Shown: positions 22,423-34,870 of the stretch, piece after piece
How positions within the stretch are numbered: the first letter of the stretch is position 1
Layout of the letters: the number at the start of each line of letters is the position of its first letter
Source: Octopus sinensis
Taxonomy: Eukaryota
Assembly (NCBI RefSeq): GCF_006345805.1
Contig: NC_043011.1
Coordinates: 17,682,464 to 17,746,463, forward strand
Length of the DNA: 64,000 bases
Reading direction: 5' to 3'
The notes under the pieces: generated by a model
Told to the model about the DNA's origin: nothing
The model's input: only the letters and a program-made list of their open reading frames with translations
Databases searched by the model: none
Position numbers and translations under genes: made by a program

Positions 22423-23896
22423 CCTGTTATGATATATGTAATAAATAAAAAGAAATATGTCGAAGATGGTCGGATAAGAAGTATATAAAATATGACATAA
22501 CAATGAAACTTAGACATTTTAGTTTTATTTTGTATTGGAATTTTGTAAATTACACCAGTTATCTGCAGATAAAGTTTAGAAATAGCATTTGGTGACAAAA
22601 TTTTCTGTAGGGTGTTTAAATCGATGTAATTAAAAGTGCAATTAAGGATTTAATACATATTGCCAAACCTCGTAAGATACTTTTGCCAATCTAATTATCT
22701 ATTCCCTAACCATTTGGTTTATAGCATACACGTTAATGTTGCCTATTACTTTTAAAACCGGGATCTTAAATTTCCTGAATATTTACATAAAATATTTGAA
22801 ACACCTTCAACGGACACATAATAAGAAATTAACAGTAATGAACATAGGAAATCGCCTAACCAATGAAGATTTTATATGATCGATTCTCCAGCTGGAAACA
22901 TCTTTCGTTGTTTGTCGTTTATCAGAATAATGAATAAGCAAATGCAAAAACTTGGAGTGTGGAAATAGATACATTAATTAGTTGTGCTAAATTGTCGTTT
23001 GCTGCCTATAAACAAGAAGTGCCTTTTTTCATGAAAGTGAGGATTTCCCTTCTCTTACGGACATCGAATAAAACCTGAGAAGAATAATTACTGAGCTCAA
23101 TGCTATTCTTAACAATCTTGGGAAATTCGTCAGGGACTTATTGCACCCTTTCGATCTCTCAAATCGAGTTATCAAAATTATAATTATCCTAACTGTAATT
23201 TTGTCTGAATTAATTCTCTTCCCTTCTGGTACATGTATGAACAGGTTGTTTGCTTATTCTCGTTTCGTTAAGTTGCTTTAATGACATACTGCATTGCGTT
23301 TCGTTGTCTATCAAAACGGCAAGCATATTTTCCATTTTCTAAAAAAAAAATTGTCCATTGAATGTATTACTTCTGCATATAACAATGATGTAATCACCAC
23401 GGAAGCTTACATTTTGTCCAGATTTATCATGATTGCTCTAATTGTTGATGTTCCAAAGGTTGAAAACATAACTTGTGGTCCTGATATTCATCCTATTCCA
23501 CGCTTCAAAAATTCAAGAATATATATCTTTTCCAACTGAAAATGTAAATAGTAATAAATATGAGTCAATCACTGATTCTGACATTCATTCACAATTTCGA
23601 TTTCTGTGTGAACACGAGGAATATATTTGTGAAAGAAAGAGTTTCATCTTATTTGTACGTTTGTAAGGAAGCAAGACATTTCTACTACTCGTTATCTTTT
23701 ATATCCTATTGACGTTATACGCTTCCGCAATAATTTTATATAATAAAGCTTTTCTTCATATTTAACAAAGTTCAAACAGTGAAGGAAATGTTAGCAACCA
23801 GACAAAGAATGATACAATACAAAACTGGACGATAGATTCAAGATTGGAAACAAGATAAATACAATTAAAAAGCAAGCGTTGTAATACATACATATA

Positions 23897-24318
23897 TAGT
23901 CGTAGGAATGGCTATGCGGTAAGAAGCTTGTTTCCCAACCACATGGTGCCGGGTTCAGTCCCACTGCGTGGCACCTTCGGCAAATGTCTTCTACTGTAGC
24001 CTCGGGCCGACCCAAAGCCTTGCGAGTGGATTGGTAGAAGGAAACTGAAGGAAGTCCGTCGTATATTTGTGAGTATGTGTGTGTGCGTGTGTATGTGTGT
24101 GTTTGTAGGTATTTGTGTGTCTGTGTTTGACCTCCTCTCATCATCACTTGACAACTGGTGTTGGTATGTTTACTTTCCCTTAATTTAGTGGTTCACAAAA
24201 AGAGACCGACAGAATATGCGCTACACTTGCAAAGAATAAGTCGATTTGTTCGACTAAACCCGGTGCTCCAGCATGGCCGCATTCAAATGACGGAAACAAG
24301 TAAAAGAATAAAAGAATA
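23897..24318 (+). mobile_element. tRNA-derived SINE family B, full length, with central microsatellite
   Basis: Head GTAGGA.TGGCT.TGCGGTAAG..GCTTG...GGGTTCAGTCCCACTGCGTGGCACCTT.GGCAA, central (TG)n, and tail GGTGCTCCAGCATGGCCGC...GAAACAAGTAAAAGAATAAAAG. Homologous to 35968-36385. Confidence 0.9.
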
Positions 24319-24680
24319 TACACATATACATATACGTATGTTTGAATATTTCTAGTAGTATTGACGTACTACACAAAATTATTACACAATTCCCTCAGTC
24401 TAATGCATTAATAGTGCTTCTTAAAACATATCATTCTTTTTATTCCTATTTTCGTATTTTTGTGTTTCTTTTTGTGTTTCTGAGTGTCTCCCGCTTTAGC
24501 AGAGATTTGCTATTGGGGTATTTCAGCAATTAAGTTTTCTAATGCATAGTATCTAACTTTCAAATATTCAATGCTAAACTTTACTGAATGATTTTCATTA
24601 GTATTAGTTACATTTTAAACTGAAAATTGTTGTTGTGCTAAGGCATTAATATCTAACAAAACTACAAATCTCAAATGCAG

Positions 24681-24759
24681 GAGAAGGTTCACCATGTCCG
24701 TATAATAACAGTGAATTATGGCGTACTTTATATTGCTGTGGCCTCCGTAAAGACATTGT
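24681..24759 (+). CDS. Candidate internal exon, Cys-containing peptide
   Basis: CAG|G acceptor and strong GT|GTAAGT donor enclose the open frame (G)EGSPCPYNNSELWRTLYCCGLRKDI. The polypyrimidine tract is weak. Confidence 0.27.
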
Positions 24760-25829
24760 GTAAGTTAAACCGGTCTCTGATCTCATTGTCAATTTAGTAA
24801 CCACGAAATTGCTTACCCAATATCCACTTTTAGAAGAAAAAGACTTGTTCAAATTACAGTCCATAGTAAAGTAGTCAAATATATTTTATTGTCCATTGTC
24901 TTCGAGGTATGTTATCCAAATTTTCAATGCTTGATGATAAGGTTTCAGTCGACTATGATCCGCCCGTTTTGCTTTCCTGATTGCATGAAATGGTCTTTCC
25001 AATCCAGAATCTCAAAACATACGGCTCTTCAACACAAATCTCTTTGGTTGCTAATCTGGGCAGTGAGAAAACATAAAATGTACAGGTCTTAATTGTTTCA
25101 ACAAATAAATTATTGTATTACACAAAACGAAACTAGGAAACTGGAAACCGTCATTGAAGAAAATTGACTCCAATATTTCGCACATATAAAAAGAATGTCA
25201 CTGAATGAAATGCCCATCGTGCCACCTCAGGATTTGTTGACGAGAGAAGTTTCAATAATTAGAATTGATTTTGAACATTGATTTTCAACATCAAATGAGA
25301 TGTTTGTGTATAAAAAATGAAATACTGGCAAGAATGAAAATCATGAAAATTGCGGCTATCGTCAAGGAGCATGTATTTCGAAGGTAAAGCATTAAAAGAA
25401 GAAAGAATGTATTGAAACGGAACTTGCGAACTAAGCACGCAAGCTGTCGCTACCCAAAGTGAGCTGCTATGAAATAATTCCGTTGTACCATCAAGAAGTC
25501 ACTGCCCGTTTTCAGCATTATTACCTTGACAACTTAGAAAATGTCGTAGAATGGCATAAAGCTTACACTAGCGAAATGAGAATAAATATTAGCTGCCAGG
25601 ATTATAATGAAAAAGGAGTTACAAGGAAGAAAACATCCAAAAAATGACTTCTTAGTGAGAGATTGTCTCCGTAACAATAATCATTGTGAAAAAAAAATGA
25701 TCTCATGCATTAGAAACTAGAGATGCAAAATGGAAAGATCTCCACGAAAGAACTCCATAAATGGCTTTTAATTTAATATAATACATAGGTTTATTATACG
25801 TGGTGCAGTCTTGTACAACGCACTTGTAA

Positions 25830-25944
25830 CTCCCCTCTATATTCTGCTGACGTATGGCGTTGAGAGAGCTCCCCTCTATATTCTGCTGACGTATGGCGTT
25901 GAGAGAGCTCCCCTCTATATTCTGCTGACGTATGGCGTTGAGAG
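25830..25944. repeat. Perfect tandem repeat, 39-bp unit, about 3 copies
   Basis: CTCCCCTCTATATTCTGCTGACGTATGGCGTTGAGAGAG at 25830 and 25869, plus a 37-nt third copy at 25908. No spacers. Confidence 0.97.
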
Positions 25945-26293
25945 TTATACATTCGTAACAGGAAAAGTAGATGCATATCCAAATCTTATTTGTTGATAGC
26001 AAAAATGCGTTTCGTGTACATTCACGTGCAGTGATAAATGCTCAGAGAGATGTTTGATGCTCCAGATGTTATTTTGTCTCTATGTGCTTTTGGCTGCAGT
26101 GAGGTTAATATTATTCACGTGCTGGTTTTGTAATAATATTTGTTATATTCTAGTGGCATCTGATCCTTTTAAGGCTGATTGAACAAGAAGTCTAAACAGC
26201 ACAAAGATATTTTGGTGAGATATCTTATCCGTAATTACCACCTGAAACAATATGCCTTCTACTACAACTGTTGCCTTAAATAATTTACAATAG

Positions 26294-26478
26294 TCGTAGA
26301 TAGTCCCAAATATTTTGACCGAAACTTTATAGACGAAAAATTTGCCACAACTCTCGGATTCACTGTACCCATGATTCAAGTCACCAGACGTGTCACAGAT
26401 TCTGATCGTCTTCTGACAGTTAAGCGAAATTTAGATGCCCCTATGGGATACCCAGCTGCTGAAAATAGGTTACTAAGA
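26294..26478 (+). CDS. Candidate host exon, unknown product
   Basis: Stop-free frame 26284-26535, missed by the ORF track because it has no early start codon: VDSPKYFDRNFIDEKFATTLGFTVPMIQVTRRVTDSDRLLTVKRNLDAPMGYPAAENRLLR. It has a TTTACAATAG| acceptor-like site and an AGA|GTAAGG donor. Confidence 0.38.
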
Positions 26479-27496
26479 GTAAGGTGTACCATTGAAGAAA
26501 ACATAGGAACTTTTATTAGTGAGAGTTTAAGGTGCTAAGGTATATATTGTTTATTGAGGGAAAATACGTAATGTGCAATTAAAACATATTAATAGACTCT
26601 GTTTAACTGTGTGGAAACTGCTCAAACGAAACACAATTTCATCAAGTTGATCTATGTGAAACATTTCGAATTTTATATAAACTAGCGGACATCAGTCTAC
26701 CAAATAATTTCGTGATTTTATATAAAAATACTTTCAACAGATAAAGCTGATAAAAGTTTTATTTCACTTATTCTCTTTAATACTGGCGATTCCTCTCTTA
26801 CATCGATGACTGTTGCTAAGCGCAGCAGTCAAAGTTTGAGAAAATAAAGAGACAGTTAGCCCTGACTAGAAGAAATATTCCCTATAAATTTTACACAGCA
26901 TTCTGGGTGATACGTTTCTGATAATGATATTATTGTTAATTTTCCCTTCAATTGAAGATAAACTAGTGATAAACTAGTGTATGTGTCTCTTTATTTTGCA
27001 GTCAAACTAAACCACAAATCGTTTTTCCTTGGCTAAATTGTTTCATACGTTCGGTTATTATGTGAAGTAGAGAAAATGAAAGGGAGAAGTTTCATGGAGA
27101 GAGAAAGATAGACAGAGAGAGAGAGAGGAGAGAGAGAGAGAGAAGAGAAAGAGATGAAGATAGCAACAATTAAGTTGTGTATACAACGATCCTAGAACAA
27201 CAACTCACAGCGACGTCCAGGGAGCAGACTTCGATTCCACATATACTATGATTTATAGGTCTTTGCAGAACATTCACAGGAATACTCAAACATAAAACAT
27301 TCAACACACTCATACCGAAAGTTAAACGCAAATGCACATATACTCACAGACGAAAGAAATTATATATGTGGATGAGTGTATATATATATGAGTGTGTGAA
27401 TGTGTATATATGCATATCATGTGGATATGCATGCATACATACATGTGTTCACACTCATATATACATATAAATAGACCTACATATATATATATGCCT

Positions 27497-27530
<34 letters not shown>

Positions 27531-27613
27531 GTATATGTATATATACATATATATAAATTGATATGTATATATATATATGTATATATGTATGTATGTATAT
27601 ATATATATATATA

Positions 27614-27648
<35 letters not shown>

Positions 27649-27654
27649 CATATA

Positions 27655-27692
<38 letters not shown>

Positions 27693-28962
27693 CATGTACT
27701 AGTGCATTATACGTATATACCTGCATGTATGTATAATATATATATATATATATATATATGTGTGAGTGTATAAATATATATACATACATATATACATACA
27801 CACACACACAGCGACTCAGAGGAGAGCACTTATACGGAAGTGATTCAGTTGATATATTACGAAACGTGTAATCTTGGCATCCTGACAATAATCGTTAGAG
27901 AAGATTTACTATATCTTTCTCCAGAGGTCGAACTATAAATATCGGTAATGTCCCGGTTAAGGGATCAAATAAGAGAAGTGGCGCCGGTTTTAATGTCTGA
28001 TATCTGAACAGGACATTTATGTAGTGAAGGCAGGGAAGTTTGGAATGATGCCCGTGTGTTTTATCGGCAAACATTACATTCCTGATTATACTAAAATATA
28101 CGAGTCGTTGTAAACAAGCAATCCCGGACAGAAGCACACACTTAAAGTATGTGAGTATGTGCCTGCACCCCCCCCCCACATACTGTTGATTTATCCATCA
28201 AATGAAATATACAAAGAATAATTATTGATAATATCCGAACGATAATTATGAATCACGAACGTAATTAAATTATAATATCATAGGAGGGTGCTGATTAGAT
28301 ATGAAATATCTGGTAAAGTTATCAAATCTATATCTTACAAATAGTAAACTTTGAAACTTGTGAATTCCTGTTTCTCTGTTTATTTCCACATGTCTTACTA
28401 AAAGACACAAGGGGACTGAATAATAGGGGTATGGAAGGTTACTGGGGAGGGTCAGATCGAATACAATATGCGACAGTAAGCAGAAGCGAAGATGACTAGA
28501 AAACGATATGTATATTTTTCATTCCACGTCATCATGTCGGCGATCGAGATTTGGTTATTTCCTTGACAGATACTATGTGACACTAGATGAATATCCGAGA
28601 ATATCTGAGAATGAATGCTTATATAGTTTTCAGTTGGTTCCGAAGGTATTCTTTTTTAACATGACATCATTTTATCAGCTATGCCTCATGTGGTTCGCCA
28701 TAAAGCCTGCGTACTCAGAATTACGTAATGCATAATGTAATGTCCGTATAACGCCGAAACAATATACAGCTGAGCAAACGTGGTTTTTACTTCTCTACAG
28801 AGCGACAGAAAAACAAATACACACACAGACACTCGCACATACATAGACCCAGACACATACATCCACCGAAAACCCACGCAAACAACCTACACACACGAAC
28901 TCTCAGACTAATGTGGAACTGCAGAAACGCATAAATACACTTTTGTACCTATGTTTATGCAT

Positions 28963-29100
28963 GTACGTACGTACGTACGTACGTACGTACGGACGGACGG
29001 ACGGATGGATGTATGGATGGATGGATGGACGGACGGACGGACGGATGGATGGATGGATGGATGGATGGAAGCAAGCAAGCATGTATGCATGCATGCGTAT
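28963..29100. repeat. Stepwise compound tetranucleotide tract (ACGT)n-(ACGG)n-(ATGG)n-(ACGG)n-(ATGG)n-(AAGC)n-(ATGC)n
   Basis: Read directly from the sequence. Confidence 0.95.
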
Positions 29101-29284
29101 GTGTCTGTTTCTATATATGTATGTTCTTTGCCAGTTCTTGAAATGTCTTACTCAGGGCGAAAGATCTACTCTCTAGCCGACAAGCATATCTGTTTATTCA
29201 CAGAGTGTAGGCAAAAAGTTTGTAGTACAACAATATGGATTTGAAGGAAATCACTATTACGACATTCATCTATTCATTTACATA

Positions 29285-29666
29285 TTTCAGTTATTTGACT
29301 GTGGCCATGCTGGAGCACCGCCTTTAGTCGAGGAAATCGACCCCAGGACTTACTCTTTGTAAGCCTAGTACTTATTCTTTTGGTCTCGTTTACCGAACCG
29401 CTAAGTTACGGGTACGCAAACACACAGGCAGCGGTTTTCAAGCGATATTGGGGGGACAAACACAACACACAAATATACACATATGTATATATACATATAT
29501 ACGACGGGCTTCTTTCAGTTTCCGTCTACCAAATCCACTCACAAGGCTTTGGTCGACCCGAGGCTTTAGTAGAAGACACCTGCCCAAGGTGCCACGCAGT
29601 GGGACTGAACCCGGAACCATGTGGTTCGTAAGCAAGCTACTTACCACAAAGCCACTCCTACGCCTA
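29285..29666 (-). mobile_element. SINE family B, near full length
   Basis: Reverse complement of the 35968-36385 copy from head (TAGGCGTAGGAGTGGC) to tail (CCAGCATGGCCACAGTCAAAT). Confidence 0.92.
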
Positions 29667-30153
29667 TAGTAATTACACTAGTAATTTATGATATATTTAT
29701 TGAACTAGGTCATGAGTCTTAGCATTTTTTTTTTATAAAAATTAAAAAAACACGTAAAACCAAAACAAAAAGAAACAGGCCAACCTTACATAAATGTGTA
29801 ACTAAAGTTCATTGCATAAGAAAAAAAACAACTTCTTTTAAGTTAACTACCGGAAATATTTACACTCACACATTAGCCTGCAAACACATGCGTACACCTA
29901 TTGGCACAGGTTTATGCATTAGCATTTCCTATTGTTGATTTCAATAAGTATTCACAATCGACCAATTTTAAAATACTTCCTTCAACTCTCACCTTCCGTG
30001 ATTAATTAGCAGTCTGTATAACGCCTCCATAAATATTTAAGGCATTTTTTCCTCTTTCAGTCGAACATTTTAATCTTTCAGCCAACATGAACGACACAGA
30101 GCATATGGGAATAACACGCAATTTGTTAAACCTTCTTATATAAAAATATTTCA

Positions 30154-30606
30154 GGATCTTTTCGGTTTGACCGGCAGTTTTTAAAATAATTTCCACGTAA
30201 CTAAACACTTTTAAACTTCGTATACTGGTAGAATGTGTTTATAAAACATCTTTTTCTCTTGGCTTTATTGAGAAAATTCTATAGTTTGTAAGATATTTGT
30301 TGTTTTTTTCTTCAATTTCTGCAATTTCAACTAATCACTGACGTCCATTGAGATAAAAAAAACATTCTGTGGCGTATGAATATGTCTCTCGTTTAAGAAG
30401 CAGATTGGGTTTATTTACATTTCTGAAGAAAAAAACATAACCTCCCCCACCCCTAACCCTAACCCTAACTCTAATCCTAACCCTAACCCTAACTCTAACC
30501 CTAACCCTAAAACAGATTGAAATGCAATAGATCGATATTAAGGTCATAATTATGACAATTTCATATGACATCGCTAGAAAAACTGCTGTTCAGACCGAAA
30601 AGATCC
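30154..30606 (+). mobile_element. Non-autonomous DNA transposon (MITE), ~29-bp TIRs, 8-bp TSD, internal (CCCTAA)n tract
   Basis: Left TIR GGATCTTTTCGGTTTGACCGGCAGTTTTT and right TIR AAAAACTGCTGTTCAGACCGAAAAGATCC. Flanks ATATTTCA and ATATTTTA match at 7 of 8 positions. About 10 hexamers lie at 30451-30510. Strand is arbitrary. Confidence 0.92.
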
Positions 30607-31324
30607 ATATTTTACACTTTCGATAATACTTTTTCTGGTGTTAACCGTCCTTGTATATACTGGAATCAGTGGACATATATTTATGGAGATTGGTGTATAT
30701 ACTCACCAAATCCTATATATTTATACTCCACTGAGAGAACATCCAGAAGTCAAATAATTCTAGTTTCATATCGCTTGAGACAGGTCCCGTCTTGAACTAT
30801 TCAATATCGACATATCTCCGAATAAGTTTTATGGCCCTACCTATTTAATGTATACATATGAATAGAAACATATATACTCACTTAAAGTATACATATGAAT
30901 ATACACATACGAATATAATAATCGTTTACAAGCAAGTTTACATTAACCTCGTGTCGACCCACGACTTATCAGAGAATCTGAGTTCACAGAAATCCAAATT
31001 CTCCAGTGAAACTCAGAATAATTTGGATTTTCAAAAGCCCTGAATTATCACGGTGTGCCATTCGGGTTCTACTTGAGATTTATGACAAGGAAAATATGTC
31101 AGTGGATTATCCAGCCCCTCGTAAATTAACACAATAATGTAGCCATTTGTACATAAGAGCATGCGTATGTTTTTGGCGATGCGAGATTATCTCTCTCAAT
31201 TCTTCCTCTCTCCCTCACTCTCACAAGCACATACATATTGTTTTTTTTTTATCTCGCTGAGATGCCATCACGCAATTGATTTGACATGTTAGTTGTCGAT
31301 GAACATATACATGTTCATCCCAAA

Positions 31325-31740
31325 AGGCGGCTAGCTGGCAGAAACGTTAGCACGCCGGGCGAAATGCGTAGCCGTATTTCGTCTGCCGTTATGTTCTGGG
31401 TTCCAATTCAGCCGAGGTCGACTCTGCCTTTCATCCTTTCGGGGTCGATAAATTAAGTACCAGGTACGCACTGGAGTCGATGTAATCGACTTAATCCCAT
31501 TGTCTGTCCTTGTTTGTCCCCTCTGTGTTTAGTCCCTTGCGGGTAGTAAAGAAGTAGGTATTTTGTCTGTCATTACGTTCCGAGTTCAAATTCCGCCGAG
31601 GTCGACTTTGCCTTTCATCCTTTCGGAGTCGATAAATTAAATACCAGTTACGCACTGGGGTAGATGTAATCGACTTAATCAGTTTGGCTGTCCTTGTTTG
31701 TCCCCTCTGTGTTTAGCCCCTTGTGGGTAGTAAAGAAATA
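31325..31740 (+). mobile_element. SINE family A head-to-tail dimer
   Basis: Same architecture as 12231-12646, with the second monomer restarting at GGTATTTTGTCTGTC. TSD TGTTCATCCCA at 31312-31322 and 31747-31757. Confidence 0.92.
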
Positions 31741-32818
31741 TATAAGTGTTCATCCCACACGCATTTTTATTTTTTTAATACAGTTCTTCAGTTTGAGATA
31801 TATTATACTTTGTGTTCTTTGCTTCGCTGTTTTCAGCTTCACTGAATGATTTCATTTTGTAAAAGGCAATTTGCAACGAATTTAAAATCTCGTCTTTCGA
31901 AAGCAACAAATATTCTTGATGCATTTATCATATATATCTTATTTCTCTCAATAAATGTATGGGTTTAAAACTCAGCATACGTTGTAGCTAAATTACATCA
32001 TATGTGATTAGTATATTTTATCATTTATCACCTAGTATATTTTATCATTTTAGATGTCATTCCTCGTAATGCAAAACAATTAAGTACGTCATATTATTTA
32101 ATGGTAAATAACATGCACACTTTCCTAACTGGAATACATCAATTAGAGATATAATTGAAACCAATTTTGTTCGATTCAATACACACGTCCTAAGGGAAGA
32201 ACTGAAATTTACCTGAAGACAAATCTCACTTTTAATTCGTTTTCCATCAGATTTAATACAGATAATATACATATAAAACGATCATGACAATACTGTCCCA
32301 TGTTAATGTTCAATAATTATTCTTAGAAAATTCGAAGTAATTGGTCAATCAACGATCTCGAAGAAAATTATATTGTTAGTTTTGTCTACTTAATGATAGC
32401 CCAAAATGTTCGGTCTCTCACCAAGAAACTTATCTCCTAACAACCACTCTCCTCTTGCGTTAATCAGTTTGCACAATGTAATGTATAATTCTATACAATT
32501 CACCAATTTCTCGTGATCTTGTTAGCGTAGAAAACTATATTTCACGTATTTTGATTCATTGCAGTACTGACTCAATTTCACATCCGTGTGTGTTGGATGT
32601 GAGCAATTGATATCCCAGATAATTTATTCTCGCTTTGAATTCTTCGGTGAAACTAAATCTTCGAAGTCAGTACTATATGGTAATAAGGCTAAATAATTTA
32701 TCCTCGTTATTAAGTTCAGCCTCAGTATTTTTGGAGTAGCTAAGTAGCTAGTAATAGGCATTGGCGTCTGGATATCGAATTTGGTTTGAAAATATTTCCC
32801 TTTCACATTTCCATTTAG

Positions 32819-33255
32819 GGATCTTTTCGGTTTGAGCGGCAGTTTTTTCTAGCGGTGTCATATAAAATTGTCACCCATAATTATGAGCCTAGAATCTATC
32901 TATTTCATTTCAATCTCTTGTAGGGTTAGGGTTAGTTAGGGTTAGAGTTAGGGTTAGGGGTGGGGGAAGGGCATCGTTTTTTCTTCACAAATGTAAATAA
33001 ACCCAATCTGTTTCTTAAACGATGGACATATTCATACGGCACAGAATGCATTTTAACTCAATAGACGTCACTGATTGGTTGAAATTGCAGAAATTGAAGA
33101 AAAAAACAACAAATATCTTACAAATTATAGAATTCTCCCAATAAAACCAAGAGAAAAAGATGTTTTATAAACACATTCTACTAGTATACGAAGTTTAAAA
33201 TTTTTTAGTTACCTAGAAATTATGTTAAAAACTGCCGTTCAAACCGAAAGGATCC
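32819..33255 (-). mobile_element. Second copy of the telomere-repeat MITE, opposite orientation
   Basis: TIRs GGATCTTTTCGGTTTGAGCGGCAGTTTTT and AAAAACTGCCGTTCAAACCGAAAGGATCC. Perfect 8-bp TSD CCATTTAG at 32811-32818 and 33256-33263. The interior is the reverse complement of 30154-30606, with a (TTAGGG)-like tract at about 32922-32958. Confidence 0.94.
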
Positions 33256-33836
33256 CCATTTAGTTTCAAAGCCTATAATGTATATATTTTAAAAAAGCAT
33301 ATGTATAATATGACCAAGGGCTGTGGTAAATACAAGTTTTCTTCGAAAGAAATTCAGAGAAATTTCGTTCCGGCATGAATCTTAATTAAGTAATGCATTT
33401 TTCCAAGCACGAAGGAATTAACAACTCTGAAATCCGTAGCCCAGATTGGAATTTTTTTTAATATTCCTTGAGATTAAAAGCTACATCATGTGAAGATATT
33501 ATATGAAACAGCTAAAATTAAATATGTTACCGCTATTTGTATTATCATCCTTAAAATCCTGCTACAGAAGATCAAAGGAAGCTTAAATTGAAATGAGGAA
33601 AAATTCAGTACATTATTGTAGCTGATACATCCCTCGAATCCATTCCACCTTCTTCACTTCCCACTGAATAAATAATTATTTACGTGTTACAGTAATATCG
33701 CAATTCCTTTAAGAAAATCATCTATAACTATTAATGTAGTTTTTACGTAAAATGATATAAAACTCTTACATTATAACGGGCCACACGTTTTCAAATGACA
33801 TTGCTTGAATAAGTATCATAATATTCGTGTCAAACG

Positions 33837-34030
33837 AAGGCGGCAGCTTGCAGAAGTGTTAATACCCCGGCAAAAAGGTTAGGTTTACGGTCTGAGTTCA
33901 GGTTATGCCGAGGTCCAATTTACCTGTCATCTTTTCGGGCTCGATAAACGAAGAACTAGTTGAGCACTAAGGTCGATGTAATCGTCTTAACAACTCCCCT
34001 AAAGCTACTGGTCTTGTGCCTAATAAAAAT
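33837..34030 (+). mobile_element. Diverged SINE with family-A head and core but a different tail (A')
   Basis: AAGGCGGC.AGCT.GCAGAA...GCCGAGGTC.A.TT.ACCT.TCATC.TTTCGGG.TCGATAA...GGTCGATGTAATCG...TGGTCTTGTGCC. Confidence 0.75.
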
Positions 34031-34870
34031 TTAATTTTCGGAGAATTCAGTTTTCAGAGGACAATCTTTAATTTATTTGAAACCGCAATGAATTGCTGCT
34101 AGGTATGTCTTTCTTTCTCCATTCAAGTGACAATTCCATTTCACTTTTTATTTTTTTGTTTTACTCACGTAATTTAATAAAATTTCCACTTATCTTAATT
34201 AACTGAATTCATGCTATTAGCCACTTTGTTTACATTAGCAAACTGTATTGTACTTTAGCATAAATTTTGAAATCATAAAATTTATTGATAATTCATCTTC
34301 CTGATATTTTAAGTAACGTCACTAACAACCCAATCTTGTTTAAATTCACCGAAACTATAAAACTATTTCTGGACATATCAAGATAAGTCTTCTTCAACGT
34401 TTACGGAGTCAATTCTTAATAATTCAAATTCCAAAATATATCGAATTTTCTTTCTTCTTATACACAAGACCCAAAATACAATAAATATTCTGCGTAATCT
34501 TCTGTTTTAAGAAAAATACCTCTACTTCAGATTAATATAGACTTCATTTACCCTCTTTTTATCCAAGATGGCTTGAAACTAATTTGCTGGCTTTGTATCA
34601 AAAATGCGCGTGAAATGGGGTAGATTCTCCACTCACCCCTCTCACCGCCTGCAACTACGTGAAAATCCCACAAATAATATTTACATCATATATCCCTACC
34701 CAGCCTTATTCCGTTCTAATCAACGTGAGTGTAGCTATATTTTGCTCAAAATCTTCCTTGCTCTCACATTCCACCACTCAGAAAAGACGATTTAGGTACG
34801 CAAACTGAAAAGGGTCCTGTTCTAAACCATTTGTGAAGATCCATGTCTTCACTCACCCATATTTATTATA

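Noticed and set aside
25830-25944. 39-bp repeats as a CRISPR array
   Set aside because: The units are directly adjacent with no spacers, there are no cas genes, and the context is eukaryotic.
27895-28179. 94-aa minus-strand ORF with DPLTG...RPLEKD resembling a cadherin motif
   Set aside because: Only a few residues match, there are no supporting splice signals or flanking cadherin motifs, and it is on the opposite strand to the other exon candidates.
30451-32958. TTAGGG/CCCTAA tracts as a true telomere or chromosome-fusion scar
   Set aside because: Both tracts are short, degenerate and lie at the same position inside TIR- and TSD-bounded copies of one MITE.
30154-33255. The two MITE copies as arms of a single composite transposon inserted in one event
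   Set aside because: Each copy has its own, different 8-bp TSD, and the outer flanks (ATATTTCA vs CCATTTAG) do not match.
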